Of a stretch of DNA of 64,000 nt, positions 36,330 through 50,524 are shown in pieces. The position numbers and the translations under genes were made by a program. A model generated the notes under the pieces. It was not told the origin of the DNA. It saw only the letters and a list, made by a program, of their open reading frames with translations, and made no database searches. The first letter of the stretch is position 1. Each line of letters begins with the position of its first letter. Source of the DNA: Lama glama (Eukaryota); contig CM052816.1 in the NCBI GenBank assembly GCA_028534125.1, positions 48,548,001 through 48,612,000 of the forward strand, read 5' to 3'.

Positions 36330-39000
36330 AAAACTAAGATTTATAGTTGTTAAAAAAGGAGAAAAAAATGGAATTGAAAAATATTAAATTCATGAAAATG
36401 AAGAAAAAGAGTAGACAAAAGGAGAACAAATATATTTATTTAAAGGTAGTTTGTTCAATTTCAATCATTTCAGTAATTAAATATAAATGGTATAAGTCCC
36501 TATTAAAAGTAGATATATTAGGTTAGAGAAAAGCAATAACTTGTATGCTATCTATAAGAAATCCACTTAAATATAAAAATAATTAGGTTAAGATAAAAGG
36601 ATGTAAAATGATATAACATTATGATACTGTTCCAAAGATAGAGTGGCTACATTAATATTAAAGTAGATTTTGAAGTAAACAATATTTTCCAAAAAATTTA
36701 AAAAGCCATATTGTAATAGAGAAATACATGTATTAATATATCATAGCCATCCCAAATAATCATGCACCTAGTAACAGAGCTTTTAAATATATGAAGGAAA
36801 AAAGAAAAAACTTGAAGGAAAAATAGACAAATTCACTATTATAGTTAGAGATTTCAGCGTTCCTTATTTCACAATTAATAAAACAAGAAGACAAAATCTG
36901 TAAGCATGTATAATGTTGAACAAAACTATTAACAAATTTTACCTAATTGATATTTAAATAATAACTCATCCAGTAACAGCAGAATACACATTTTTTGTAG
37001 ATATTCTGGGCTTTAAAACAAATCTTAGTGAATCTAAAAGTATTTAAATCACACAAAACATATTCTCTGATTGTAATGAAATCAAACTTTAAATCAGTAA
37101 CATACATGTATCTGGGAAATTCAAATGTTTGGAAACAAAATAACAAATATTTTAGCAACCCATGTATCAAAGAAGAAATCAAAGTTAAATTAGAAACTAT
37201 TTTGACTTGAACAAAAATGAAATCACAGCATATTGAAATGTGTGAGGCCCAGCTAATGCAGTACTTAGAGGGAAATGTAGCGCTATTACCTAAGTTAGGA
37301 AAAAAAAGGAAGTTCTCAAATCAATGATCCCAAATTTCACCTTAAGAATCTAGGAAATGGTAGGTAAATTAAACAAGAAGTAAGCAAAAGAAAGGAAATG
37401 GTAAGGATTGGAGTGGAAATCAATGAAACAGAAAGCAGACAAAGAATAGAGAAAATCAATGAAACCAAAAGCAGATTCTGTAAGCAAATTAGAGATTGAT
37501 AAAAAACAAAAACAAAAACAAAAACAAAAACAAAACCTTCAGCCAGACTGATCAAGAAAAAAAAAAAAAAAGAATAGTCAAATTAGCAACAGTAGAAATG
37601 AGGGAAGTTACAACATCACAGATCTCCTAGATAGCAAAAGGAAAATAAGGAGGAGATTCTATGAATACATTTAAATCAATAAATTAGTCAAATTCAATGA
37701 AAGTGACCACTTCTTTGAAAACAGACTACCAAAACTCACTTAAGAAGAAATAAGATGTGTTCCTTTATCTATTAAAGAAACATTTTTTTTGACTTACATA
37801 ACATTCCACAAAGAAAACTCCGGGTCCAGATGGTTTTATTGGCGAATTCCACTAAAATATTTAAGAAATAAATAATACCAATTCTTTACAACTTATTTCA
37901 GAAAATTAAGGTATAGGTTTATATCCTGATAAATTTTATAAAGCTGACATTATCTTGATACCAAAATTAAAATAAAAGGATACTAGCAAAAAATAAAACT
38001 ATAAATTTAAATATCTGAGGTTCATAGATGCATTTTAGAAAATATGCTAACCAAATCCAATAATAAATAAAAATACAAAATATTATGACCAAGTGGCTTT
38101 TTCCTTCAAGAATGCAAAGTCGTTTTACTGTAAAAAAAATAAATTTTGAATAGTAAATCAAAATACATAGAAAAACAAATTTTATTGTATTGAGCATCCA
38201 TTTCTGATTAAATGAAAGTCTTTTCTTGACCAGATCAAAGTCATCTACAAAAAAATGCAGTGAATATCATTCTAATATGTGAAAACGAAAGTCTATTTTT
38301 CCTTTAATATCAAAAGTAAGATGGCTATTTCTGCACTCACCACTTTTACAAAACGTCATATTTGAGCATCTAATATATACAATAAGGCAAGAAAAAGAAC
38401 TAGATTTTTTTAATTAAAAATTATTTTATTTGAAGATGCTATGATCATATATGTGAAAATTCTATAATGTCCAAAAAGAAATTTCCAGAATGTATAAAAG
38501 TGAGTTTAACAAATTTTCAGGAAAATAGATCAATTGTATTCTTATATACTAGCAATTAACAGTCAAATATCAAAATTAAAGCTGCAAAACCACTAACAAT
38601 AGAATTAAATATTTGTCAGTAAATGTTATAAAATATGTGCATCACATAATACTCAAAAGAACAAATTACTGATAAGAAAAACTAAAGCTCTAAATAAAGA
38701 GATATACCATGATAATAGATAAATGATCCAATATTGAAGATGCCAATTATTTGCAAAATGATGTATAGATTCAAAACAATTTAAATCCAAATCCAAGCAG
38801 TCATTTTATTAGAAATTTAAAAATTTACCCTAAAGTGCATATTGAATGGAAATTACCTGGTATGGTCAAAAACCCTTTAAATACAAAACTAAATTTGGAG
38901 GACCTAACTGTTGTATTTGAAGATTATCATAATGTACCTTAACATACAATGTTGTATTGGCACTAGAGATAGACAAAGAGATGAATGAGCAGAATAGAAC
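36330..39000 (+). mobile_element. Ancient LINE-1 ORF2 (endonuclease through RT region), heavily mutated
   Basis: Ordered ORF2 landmarks 'tgcacctagtaacagagc', 'agttagagatttcagc', 'cagcagaatacacatt', 'gcagtacttagagggaaat', 'gagaaaatcaatgaaaccaaaagc', 'ccagatggttttattggcgaattc', 'aataaggcaagaaaaagaa'. Confidence 0.88.
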
Positions 39001-39169
39001 CCACCTAGTCCTACTTCACTGTTAATATAGAAGTAATCAGAAGAGAATATACAAGTGAACTTGACTCTGAAGTTAAAATTCCATCTGCAGGTGAATGAGG
39101 GAAGCTAAAGGATACGGACACAGGTGCAATTTCAAAGATAAGAGAGTATGATCTGATTTTGAAATGTTG

Positions 39170-39590
39170 GTGTAGACTACATGATTGAAAATATTATTTT
39201 AAATCCTCCTCCATTTTTGGATATACATTTAGTTAATTTTGGTGAATTTATGTGTCTCCTTGCTCTGCCCTCCCTTATAAGTCGAAGGATGTGTCTGTGA
39301 CCCAAGATCTAATGGAACACTCTCTTGGGAATTTGACGCTCATCTTGGAGTGGCTAGAAGAAAAAATAGGTAAAGTTAATCCACTCTAATGCACAAACAC
39401 TAAAGATATCTATTAATCCCTGCCACTAACTTTTTGAAAGTACTTTTATTTTTGTACTTTCAAAAGTCTGCTTCTTCAGATTCTGCTCCAATTATTTGAA
39501 GTAATATTCCTTATTTTTTTCTTTTATTTTTGATACTTTTTATTAGATTCAATTTCTGTTGCTTATAGACAAAGAATCAAAACTGTTGCA
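39170..39590 (+). mobile_element. Old MaLR LTR (MLT1J/K-like)
   Basis: 'tgtgacccaag', 'ctctcttgggaatttga' and terminus 'tttctgttgcttatagacaaagaatcaaaactgttgca'. Confidence 0.55.
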
Positions 39591-42139
39591 AGGTGTCAAT
39601 TATATTTCTTGGTGAAAATATTACATACACAGATAGAAATGTAGGTCAGGACCCAGAGAAAGTGCTTTGTGTGTACATACAGATTTGGAAATCATATCAA
39701 GGGAGTGGATGAGATTTCTGATACAAAAAAAGTATAAAATAAAATTTTGGAAAAATTCCTAAAATATAAGAACTTGGCAAGTTAGGTCAAGCAAGTTAAT
39801 ACATAAGTCTGTAATATTCTCTATAGTAGCAGCAGAATTAACCTCATGTTTCATTTAAACTGAACAGTCTATGAAATCATAGATATCTTGACTAAATAAG
39901 ACATTATATAGCCTAACTAGAAGTAGGTGATAGAAAAACTTGATTTTGAACATACACAAAAACTGCTTCTCCAAACTTTAGAGATATACATAATCATTAT
40001 CTTTTCCCCCATGTTTAAGAAAACAGGTGGTGTGTTCCATGTGTTGATGCGCCATATGCTCTCTTGGTAGTCTACATTTGAACACTCTTTCATTCTGTTA
40101 TGCCATTTAAAACACAACAAACATTACAACCACACAATAAAAACTGAAGCTTTTCAGAAAACCTAATTTGAAAGAAATGTAATATTGTTAATGTGTAAGT
40201 CAACTTTTTTCACTTGTAATTTGAGTCATCAATCTCTTTACTAACTACTATGTACTCTGGTTTTCTCTCTCAAAATTTTGCTCTTCACTTACACAGCATC
40301 AAAAAACTCAGTCTAGATGGGATAACAGAGTCTTCTCAATTTCAAAAATGCAATTTAAATCCCATTATTTTTGAAGCAAAATACTAAAATGTCATGGTAC
40401 AAAGAATCCTAGTAATTATTTAGGATTACCAGATCATATCTTATCAACATTCTGTAAAAATCCAGTTTATATCAAAGCTGTTGTTTTTTTTGTAGCCCTT
40501 ATTATTTATAAGATTTTTACGAGTAGTCATCATTTTTCAATGCCCTAGTACTTTGCAAAATATTTTCCCTTATTTGTTCCCACCATCCTTGAAATAGGTT
40601 CACATATTGCTGTTACAATATGCCATTCATTACAGATACCTTAATCACTTTCAATTACTTATAATGTGATAAAATTCTACATTATGGAGTTCTTGAAGCA
40701 TTTAATACAGCATCATTCAGCTAAGTTAAGTACTCTAAGGTAACATTAATTGTTTGCTTTAAACTTGCATAGCAAAGACACTTAGATGAAGTTTAGATTA
40801 AGAACTGTAGTTCAGCTATTTACTCATGTCTTTACATAAGGAGGAGGAGGGCATAGGAGAGACTGAGAGAGTGGACAGAAGGAGAAAAATGTAAAGATAT
40901 CAGCTCAAGGACTTCTTGAATGATAAATAGCAAAGATCTTGCCATGCTTTCCATTTTAATCATGAATTACTCTGGAATTACTTTGATTTTATTATTTTAA
41001 AATAGACTTTTATTGGATATGAATATTTAGCATTTATATAGCCTTTTTATCTTCCAACTACTTAGTCAATTAATCTTTAAAACACGCTTGTAAGAAGAAT
41101 AAGTATTACTATATGTTTTGACACATAAAGAAGCAGGTACACAAAGAGAAGTTAAATTCTACAGATTCTATTTCACAAGCAATGAAATGGCAATATGAGG
41201 ATCAGAAATCTCAAATATAATGAGATCATACTTACATTACTAGGCAATTATCATTTAATTCTCCATATTAAGTCAGTAGCTATTTGCCCTATACTGCTAT
41301 ACAAAGAATGATGCTGGCCACAGGCAGGGACAAACAACCCTTGCTTGAAATACTGAGAAAAAAAAAAAAGATGGCTTAATAATAGCAGCAGAGTAATTTA
41401 GACATTAGGAAGAATCACAACATCAGTAGAGTTTTTGTTTCTTTTTTCCTCCCGTACCAAGTACAGGGAACTCAGCATCAACTTTTCTAGGACTGAAGTC
41501 TCTTTTATCTTTATTTTCCTGATTTCAGTATTTGTTCTCCAAATCCAAGGTGCTTATGCCTGTTCAAGTGACAGACTCCTTAAACACATCATGTGTTTTG
41601 CAGATCATTACAACATACTTATTTATTGTTATTTTAATCTCATTCTTCAAGCTAGAAACCATTTTACCAAAAGAAAATTTGATTCCATATATAGGCAATT
41701 AAAAATGAAGAGAAGTCCTTGAACTATATTAATTAAACACGACCATTTACTTTTGGAATGTCTTGGAATTTTCTTGTTTTAAATTGCCAACACTTTTTTG
41801 CAGACAAGTGATAGTATACATCAAACACTTTAAAGACATCCAAGAAAAAAATAAAAATTAGTGTCATTAATGATTAGAACCATGACTTGCTCAGTGGTAA
41901 ATTTTGATACAAACCCTATTATCAGTTTGAAGTATTGGAATATGTTCTCTCTTGTAGGCTATGCCTGTTGCATTGGATGAAAACTTGCTCATTGCTAGCC
42001 TGAAAAATAAAACACACACAGATAAAACTCTTGTAACTTAAATTGTTTTTGATAGTTTAAACTTATAAATTATGATTTTATCTTTCTTTTCAGGACTGCC
42101 CAGTAACTTGAAAGATAAATGATTTCTGTTGCTGTTGTT

Positions 42140-43130
42140 TCTTTACCCTTTTTCAGTCTCTTGCAATCTGATTTTGACTTTGTCTACTGAAAAATGCTCT
42201 CAGGGTAGCAAATGACAACTTTATCACAAATTCAATGATATTCTTATTCACCATTATATTCAAGTTCTTTGTAGCATTTTTTGTCATCTGATACAAACTC
42301 TTAAGTCACCTCACATTTCACATTCCTTCCAGTCATCAAATCCTGCTGTTCTTTTTTCTATATTGGATACATTTATTCTTTTAGAATCTCAAGACCTCTA
42401 TCCTGCATCAAGTAACAATTTCTCTTGACTGAACTATGAAGTCAAATTGGTTTCTTATCTGACCTTGCAGCCTCCAATCTGTTCTCACAGCATCTTAAAA
42501 TCTACCCTCTCCCACACCTGGAGGTTGAGTGGGTAAGTGGTCAGAACTCAAACTCTGGACATTTACTGGCTTGAATCCTGGCCAGTCATTTACTGGCTGC
42601 CTAAATTCAGCCAATTACTTGAGGTCTCATTCCACTGATTTTCTCAGCTGAAAATATATTGATGCATGTGAAAAATCCTCGTAAAACTGCAGTAGTCATA
42701 GTAAGCACTCAGTGGATGATGACTGATGTTGTTCTGACAGGATACTTTTTTTAAAACTTAAGCCTGAGTATGAGCATTCTGTTGCTTTGAATTTTTCAAA
42801 AACTGGTGTTTCTGTTTCTTTTGTTTTATCATGATTTTTAGTTTATTATTTCAGGTCCATCCTTCTTAGTTTATTAATTTATCACTTACAACAACTGCAA
42901 AATGGAAATATTATCACTCATTCAATATAATTTTTCCTTTTCTATCCCATGTATTTTTTCTTGACTTTATTTCTGCTGGATGTTCCTTTTCATCTTCTCT
43001 GCATGGCAAAAAAATCTTAGCTGTATTCTGGGGTGCAGATAATAATGTTACCTTCTCTGTGAAATTTGCCCTGAACCTAGCCATAATTTATTTCTCCATT
43101 GATTGTATTACCTTAGCATTTTTTTATTAC
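42140..43130 (+). mobile_element. L2 fragments with an internal MIR (~42520-42730)
   Basis: L2-like 'gcaatctgattttgac..tctactgaaaaatgctctc..aaatgac' and 'aatgttaccttctctgtgaaatttgccctga'; MIR-like 'ggtcagaactcaaactctggac..ttgaatcctggcc..catttactggctg'. Confidence 0.6.
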
Positions 43131-43202
43131 TCCTTTGTTTAATCTTTCCTAATTGAGTTGTCCTTTTATTTTTTTTTTCCTGAATAGCAGTGAATCTTAG
43201 TC

Positions 43203-43690
43203 TTTTGTTTAATTTTTAACCATTTTAAAAATTGAAGTATAGTTATTTTACAATGCTGTGTCATTTCAAGTACAGAGCAAAGTGATTCGGTTGTGTGTGT
43301 ATATATATATATTCTTTTACAGATTATTTTCTATTATGGGTTATTACAAGATATTGAACATAGTTCCCTGTGCTATACAGTAGGCCCATGTTGTTTATCT
43401 ATTTTATATATAATAGTATGTATATGTTAATCCCAAACTCCTAATTTATCCCTCCCTGCCATAACTTGCTTTCCCCTTTGGTAACCATTAGTTTGTTTTC
43501 TATGTCTGGGAGTCTATTTCTGTTTTGTAAATAAGTTCATTTGTGTCATTTTTGTTTGGATTTCACATGTAAGTGACTCTCTGTCTGACTTATTTCGCTT
43601 AATATGATAATCTCTAGGTCCATCCATGTTGCTGCAAAGTATATTATTTCATTTTTATGGCTGAGTAATATTCCATTATATGTATGTGGA
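43203..43690 (-). mobile_element. LINE-1 3' UTR on the minus strand
   Basis: 'attgaagtatagttatttacaatg', 'agttccctgtgctatacagtagg', 'ttaatcccaaactcctaatttatccctccc', 'ctctaggtccatccatgttgctgcaaa'. Confidence 0.95.
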
Positions 43691-43693
43691 ATG

Positions 43694-44115
43694 CACAATG
43701 GAATATTTACTGGAGATGGACCTGGAGATTGTCATACTAAATGAAGTGAGCCAGAAAGAGAAAGAAAAATGTCATATGATATCACTTGTATGTGGAATCT
43801 AAAAAGGGACACAAATGAACTTACTTATAAAACAGAGACAGATTCACAGACATAGAAAACAAACTTACGGTTACCAGGGGAGAAAGGACGATAGGGTGGG
43901 AGTTTGAGATTTGCAGATACTAACTACTTTCTATAAAATCAATTAACAACAAGGTCCTACTGTATACCTTGTAATAGCCTATTATGAAAAAGAATATAAA
44001 AAGGAATATATATCTGTATATATAAATGAGTTCCTATGCTATACACCAGACATTAACTCAACATTGTAAATCAACTATTCTTCAATAAAAAATAAAAAAT
44101 AAACTAAAACTAAAA
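43694..44115 (+). mobile_element. LINE-1 3' UTR on the plus strand, head-to-head with the previous element
   Basis: 'gatggacctggagattgtcatactaaatgaagtgagccagaaagagaaag', 'gggagtttgagatttgcagatactaact', 'aaatcaactattcttcaataaaaataaaaaat'. Confidence 0.95.
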
Positions 44116-46217
44116 ATGAAAATGGGACTTTCTATTATACATAAATAGATAAGGCAATCATGTGAATTGTTTATGATACTTTAAATTGATTAACTAGCCA
44201 AACATTCAAGGAGATGAAATAGGTAATAGTTTAAAAGTTTAGAATCAATTTATCCGTGAATAATATTTTTAGCCTTTTAAATCATGTCTTTAAATAATTC
44301 CCTGAGTATAAACACTAATAATACAAAACACAGCAGGCAAAATAACTAAGTCAACAAAATGGATACACTAGTCTCTCCTTTAGTAATATTTATTTTACTT
44401 TATCAGTATTTTACTCAGGAATTCACTGGCCCTTATTTTATAATTTGGGTATCTTGGTTTACTAAATCCAAACAAACAAACAAAAAAACTAACCAGAAGA
44501 AAATGAAAGACATTGTAATTAGGACAGCATTTAACAAATGTGTGGAAGAATCTCTTCCAAGACAATGGAAACCTAAAAATAAGCAGAATATCATGAGTTC
44601 TTGTTTCATCTGGAAAATTAACATATATGGTGTACCCATCCTTACTAACAATGAAAAACAAAACTCATTTGCTTTTTTACTGAGTATCTAGATATTTTCT
44701 TAAAGTTTTAAAGTCTTGCTTGAGCAGTATTATTGAAAGTTTGCATTTCTTCAGGATGAGCCTTTTTACATTGTAAGGCAATTCTAATAAAAATAATTAA
44801 ACAAACTGAGGTATATTACATTTCCTTTCAGAGCCTTTATGAACTTCAGTCTAGTTTCCACTGTATCATGCATGCTTTTCTTTCAATTTTAGTATTTTCT
44901 AATTTTTAAAATATACACATTCTTCACAAAAGCACAACTAGATATAAGCGGTGGGTGAGATAGAACCTGATTGATGGGTGAGTGCTTCTGGTATTAACTC
45001 AGAAGTTAATACTGAATAAAAGAGCAATTCATTTTAGAGTTGGTGCTTTCACCTTAGATATTTGAACATCTTCTCATTATTTCAAAATATTACCCTAAAA
45101 TTACTAGTTGAAATATGCCACCAGTAAAGAATGTGTTCATTGTTCTCTCTCCTTTCACAAGCCACATCTCATCAGATACATTACCAATTCTCACATTCAT
45201 CTGAAAAATGTGTCTAATTTTCTCTTAGCCTAATTCTGTCTTTGAAGACAAAACAGTGAATCAATGTTAATTCCACATGAAAATATTCCAAACGTTTAAG
45301 GGCTTCAATCCTGTCTTTACTAAATCTTTATTCCCTTACTTCTGTGCTCTCTATCACTGCTCTCTGCAAACACTCCTTATGGTATGTGATTTCAAGGCAC
45401 TTAAATTGCAGATCATTTTTCTGTAGCACATTAATTGTATAGAATTCTTGGAATTTTATGCTTGGAATTCATCATAGTCTTTGAGATATAATCTGATCAG
45501 CAGAATTACTCACCAGAACGTTATGCTTTATAAATGCATACTGGGTTTACTTTAGTTATGCATTCACTCTAGTTATGTATTGAGTCTATTCATTTACTTA
45601 TGTCTATATATATATGATTGTCATTTAAACTTGAAATAAATTTAAAACATGCTTTGTTTTTACCTCACTGCTGAGACTCCCCCAAACTGCTAGGTTTTTT
45701 TCAACCTAAATTTAGGATATTATATTAAATCTTGGTACATTTCAGCTCACTGATTTGGTCTGTGAGACATTCAGCTAGATTATTTTTAACTTTAACTTTT
45801 CACCTTTTCATTTATGTATTCTTTCCTAATATGTTGTCTATACTTGATCCATTGTTGTATGTTTCAAGATGAGATGCAACTTGTAGACTGACAGAACCAC
45901 ACCCATTTTAATTGATTTACACATATGTGTTTTCTGTACTTTAAAAAAAATCACAGTGCTATAAAAATAGACATGTTATTTGATTTAAGTAAAACTCTAG
46001 AACAGTCAAAACTAATTTATAGTGACAGCAAAATATGTATATACGTATATACATTTATATATCATTCTGTCATTACAGACTAGTTTTGCCTGTGTGTGTG
46101 TGTGTGTGTGTGTATGCAAAGAGAGAGAGGAAGAGAGAGAATGAGAATGATTGTATTCATGGTTGTCTGGGATGGGAGTGGGAGTCACCATTGATCATGC
46201 ACGGGAACTTTCTGAGG

Positions 46218-46792
46218 AGATGTCTTTCAATAGGTGAATGGATAAATAAACTGTGGTAAATCCAATAATAGAATACTATTCAGAGCTGAAAAGAAATGTA
46301 ATATCAAACAATGTAGCAACATGAAGAAAATCTAAAATCCATATTAGAAAGTGAAATAAGCACATCTAAAAAAGGCTATACATTGTATGATTCCAACTAT
46401 AGGACATTCTGGAAAAGGGAAAAAAACTATGGAGACTGTAAAAAAGATCAGTAGTTACTAGATTTTACGGGAAGTGGTATAATGGATAGGTAAAGCACAG
46501 AGGATTTTAAGGGCAGTGAATATACTCTGTGATGCTATAATGGTAGATACATGTCATTATATATTTGTCCAAACCCATAAAATGTATAATATCAAGGATG
46601 AACCCTAATCTAACCTATGACTTTAGATGATAATGATGTGTCAATGCAGGCTCATAATTGTAACAAATGTACCACTCTGGTGGGGGCTGTTGATAATGGG
46701 TGAGGTTATGTATGTTTGGAGGCAGAGTTTTGTGGGAACTCTCTGTAACTTCCTCTCAATTTGCTATGAACCTAAAACTCTAAATAAAATAT
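46218..46792 (+). mobile_element. LINE-1 3' end (L1MC1-like), preceded by another old L1 3' UTR fragment (~45990-46217)
   Basis: 'gtgaatggataaataaactgtgg', 'cacagaggattttaagggcagtgaa', 'aacaaatgtaccactctggtggggg', 'tgaacctaaaactct'. Confidence 0.92.
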
Positions 46793-46869
46793 ATACATAT
46801 GTCTATATGTATAAATATGCAAAACATTGGGGGAAATTGATACCACTCTATTATTAAATCAAAAAATAT

Positions 46870-47419
46870 GGAAACCCCAAATTATTTTGTATTTAGAAGA
46901 TTAAGGATTTCACTTATAGTTGGCTTTATTTACTTGTTGCAAGAAGGGAAACTTCATGCAATGAGGAATCTTGGAAGGTGTCAATAAGATGGTGTGAGAA
47001 AAACTTGGTACAAGATTTGTCTTGTGCTAAATGCTTTTGGGGAGGATTCAAGGATGCAGACCATTGCTATAGATTGGATGCTCTCAGGAAGTAAGGAAAA
47101 TTATCTGGTTATATTTAAGACAGGATGAATGAAGAGAGACTAAAGCTGTGACTGTTAAAAAAGCAATATTCAGTCATATTTGCAAGGATAGAGAGATGCT
47201 TTTTTTTTCTAGTTTTGTGGATTGGTTAATGTTGATGTTTTGTCTGTGTTTAGATAAGGTTACAAAGTGATCTCCTTGTGTCCTGAATCCTCACATTAAT
47301 GGAGTGGTCTTGTCGGATGGTGTTTTGTGAAATGGTTTATGTTTAACAAGAGATCATTATGGTCTAAGTTGAGTATCAGGCCAACTTCTAGCCATCAGAG
47401 GCTGCTTTTCTCTTTCTCA
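46870..47419 (-). mobile_element. Old ERV1-type solo LTR (MER89/MER110-like)
   Basis: Minus strand starts 'tgagaaagagaaaagcagcctctga..gttggcctg'; contains 'aaacacagacaaaacat'; AATAAA on the minus strand near 46925-46930. Confidence 0.7.
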
Positions 47420-47576
47420 GTATCTTACACAGGAAAGAAAAAAGGCTGAAATCAATGAGTAACATATACATCTTATGAAATAAAAATGGAAGCAATGCAT
47501 CTCTCTAAGTTATAAAATGTAGATGTTATATAACTTGAGAAATACATAAGCAGAGTTGAAGAAGAAAAAAATCAGG

Positions 47577-47827
47577 TTGTAATGCTTAATGGTTAGGAAC
47601 AGAGAGTGGGAAGCCAGAATGCCCTGGTTCAAATTCAGCTCCAGGTTCTACTAGGTGACTGACCGTGGGTAATTTTGTCAACCTCAGTATGCTTTATTAA
47701 CCCTTTACCTCAAATGGTAATAACCTCACGGTGGTTCTGTGAGGATTACACACATAAGTACATGGAAAGTGCTTAGCAAGTGCCTAGATCATAATTAACA
47801 ATATATAAATACTTTCTATTATTATTT
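47577..47827 (+). mobile_element. Near full-length MIR SINE
   Basis: 'atggttaggaacagagagtgggaagccaga..ctggttcaaattcagctc..gtgactgaccgtggg..gtgaggatta..aaagtgcttagcaagtgcct'. Confidence 0.85.
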
Positions 47828-47911
47828 TAAGAGCAGAAATAAAGCCAAATAAAGCTTAAATTTAGTTTTGTTAAAAGACCAATAGGTGTATAGTAAAATA
47901 ACACTATACAG

Positions 47912-48107
47912 GTAGAACTTCCCAACAGGTGTGTTACAAGTCATATATTAATAGGTCAGAAATGGGGCCAGATATGCCTGTGGCAGCTGGGGCTGCAAGG
48001 CCAGTCACCAAAATTTGTTAGCAGTCTCTCAGTTCATCTCTATGTAATATTGAATAGTAAACTTTTCTATGTGTACAATGGCAAGAAATAATCTTTGGTA
48101 AGAATTG
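47912..48107. mobile_element. Possible MER112-like hAT-Charlie element
   Basis: Ends 'tagaacttcccaac' and 'tttggtaagaattg' resemble decayed TIRs; internal 'ttttctatgtgtacaatggca'. Confidence 0.4.
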
Positions 48108-48629
48108 CCTAACATTAAAATTACCTTTTTGTTTTGGATAAAAACTTATACAAATATATTCATATTCATATGTTTAGAAACAATCTAAATATACTTCTAA
48201 AGGAGAATGAGTACTTAAAAATTAAATCATTTGAATTTGATGATATACAACCTTTTTTATCTACAAAAAGAGCAGTATTTTATGGATCATCCTGATACAT
48301 TTTGCTATATGCACACTATAGAATATTATTTAGCTGTAAAAGTGAATGAACTGGAGTTGCAGATATCTTTATGGAAGACTTTAAAAAATGTATCAAGGAA
48401 AACTAAAAGCAAGTTACAGAAAGTCATCTATAGTGTAATATTGTGTTATAAATGTAAAACATTTAAAACAGTATGTTATTTTAGAATACTTAGTTTTATA
48501 ATAAAGGTCTTTAAATATCCATGAGAATAATAAACAACAGTATTAAGACTGTGGATATATCTGAGTAAGTAGGGATGAGTATGTACAGATTTCTAACTAA
48601 GCAGGTAGGTTTTGTGAATGACAACGAAG

Positions 48630-49088
48630 TGGGTCAGACTGAGTTGGTTGATTAGTTATCCGTTTCCACATCACTTCTCCTGCCCGTTCCAGACTCTTGT
48701 ATGGCTATACACTTGCATTTTCCCGAACCCCTGTGAAATTAAGGGTAACAACGACAATCAGTATGACACAGTTCTAGTCGAACGTAGCAAGTAAGACTCT
48801 GTTGGAGGTTTTTTAACCTTTATTTTTCTAATAAAAAGAATATGCATTGCTACCTTAACCTCTTATGCCCTTCAGCCTGAATGAAAATTGGTCAATTGAG
48901 CTGGGACAGCTGTATTGACACTGAGGAAAGAGCCAGGATGATTGCATAGACTCTAACCGTAACATGATTGAACAGCTAAACTAATTCCAGTAACTGTTTA
49001 CTTCAAGACATGTTCTTACTAAGAATATACATCTCAATCTATGTTACATAGGTTTTCTGTTGCTTAAGGCTAAAAATATTCCTAGCTT
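48630..49088 (+). mobile_element. Old MaLR LTR (MLT1J/K-like)
   Basis: 'cattttcccgaacccctgtgaaattaaggg', 'tatgacacagttctagtc', 'gagctgggacagctgtattg', end 'ggttttctgttgcttaaggctaaaaatattccta'. Confidence 0.65.
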
Positions 49089-50524
49089 CTGCATTACTTA
49101 AACTCTTTAAGGCTCAGTTGTTTCAGCAAGAAAATGGTTACAATATATGACCTTCATAAGGGTTTCTGACGATTAAATAAAATAGTGTTTACATGTCTTA
49201 GCTCAGTGTGTGGTATGCCATAAAATTTCAGTAAAGATTATTTAAAACAGAGTAATAACTTAAGTGAACTTAAGGTATTTTACTGAATACATTTATGTGC
49301 TTAATTTATTTAATAAATGTAAAATATCTAATAGAAGGGAGCCTGAGAAAGAGAAGCCTAGAAGATAAATGGGGGATTTAAAATTGATACTTTTATTATT
49401 GATTCCTATCAGGCTACAGTATAAACTTCTTGAATCCAAAGGATGTAGCCAATTCATTTTTTTATCCACAGTATTTAGAGCAACTAGAGTGTTCAAAACT
49501 GTGTGGAAAATTAAGAGAGGACAAGAGAGGTTGTTTGACTTGATAGTACAAGTACAACATCAAACTTATGTATTTAAACAGGCAAATTCTAATAATTTTT
49601 TAACTAAGTGAATGCAGGTAGGATACTTTATACTCAGCAGAATGCTATATGAAAATTTATTTTCTTAATTATTTTACTTTTAAAATATATTAACTAGGAA
49701 ATCATTGTCTCTAGTGATAAATTAACTAGAAATGAGAGGAACATTTCATGACCTTTTGCTCATATTAAGAGATGATAGAAAAGAGTTTACCTAAAAGTTG
49801 TCTAAAGCTTTGGAAAACAGCTAACTAATATTACTATCTATTACTCCTTTCTGCCTTTTGAAAAGGTCTTTACTTAATAGAGAAATCACAACTTGAGTTT
49901 TTCCTTCTTGTCCGTACAATCTCGGTCATCACATATGCTCTCCCTATTGTGCAATACAGAACGCTTGCTACTCCAGTGCGATCAAAGAGGAATGAAATTA
50001 GGTCAGCAACTATTCAGACTCTAACTCACTCTCTCAAGAAATGGAGACCAGGCACTTTTGTGAGATATAATAGAAAGGCCTAGCAATTCAGAAGACCATC
50101 TATACATCATTTACAGAGAGTAAGAAAACTATAAGAAAGGTTTTACCCTTTATTCTGTAAGACTGTTTCTTCTCACATGAATGCAGAACTACTCTTCAAA
50201 TCTGTATAGACACAATTCAGCAAACTTACTTTCTTGAAAACTGTAATCAAATTGGTTTGGTTTAAAAGTACAGGTTTTATCCCCTGTTATATCAAAGCTA
50301 TACAGAACTTGAGTCTGACACATAGTATACTTATATGTAAAAAAAGTTCTTAATAATCATGGACACTTGATCCAGAAGGGCAGTAGTTGCATGTAATTTT
50401 AGAAATATGTGTATCACACACATTTTGTGCTTGGCTCCTGTGTAGAACTGCACTACTTTTACTACCTTTTGGACAAGTTATGTAAGTCTGTTGCCCCTGA
50501 GATCTCAAATCAAAAAAGAAGGTA

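Noticed and set aside
43203..44115. Classical twin-priming L1 inversion
   Set aside because: Both arms cover the same 3' UTR segment, each with its own tail, and they differ in subfamily-diagnostic text
46035..46054. 20-bp palindrome atgtatatacgtatatacat
   Set aside because: Low-complexity alternating purine-pyrimidine tract where self-complementarity is expected
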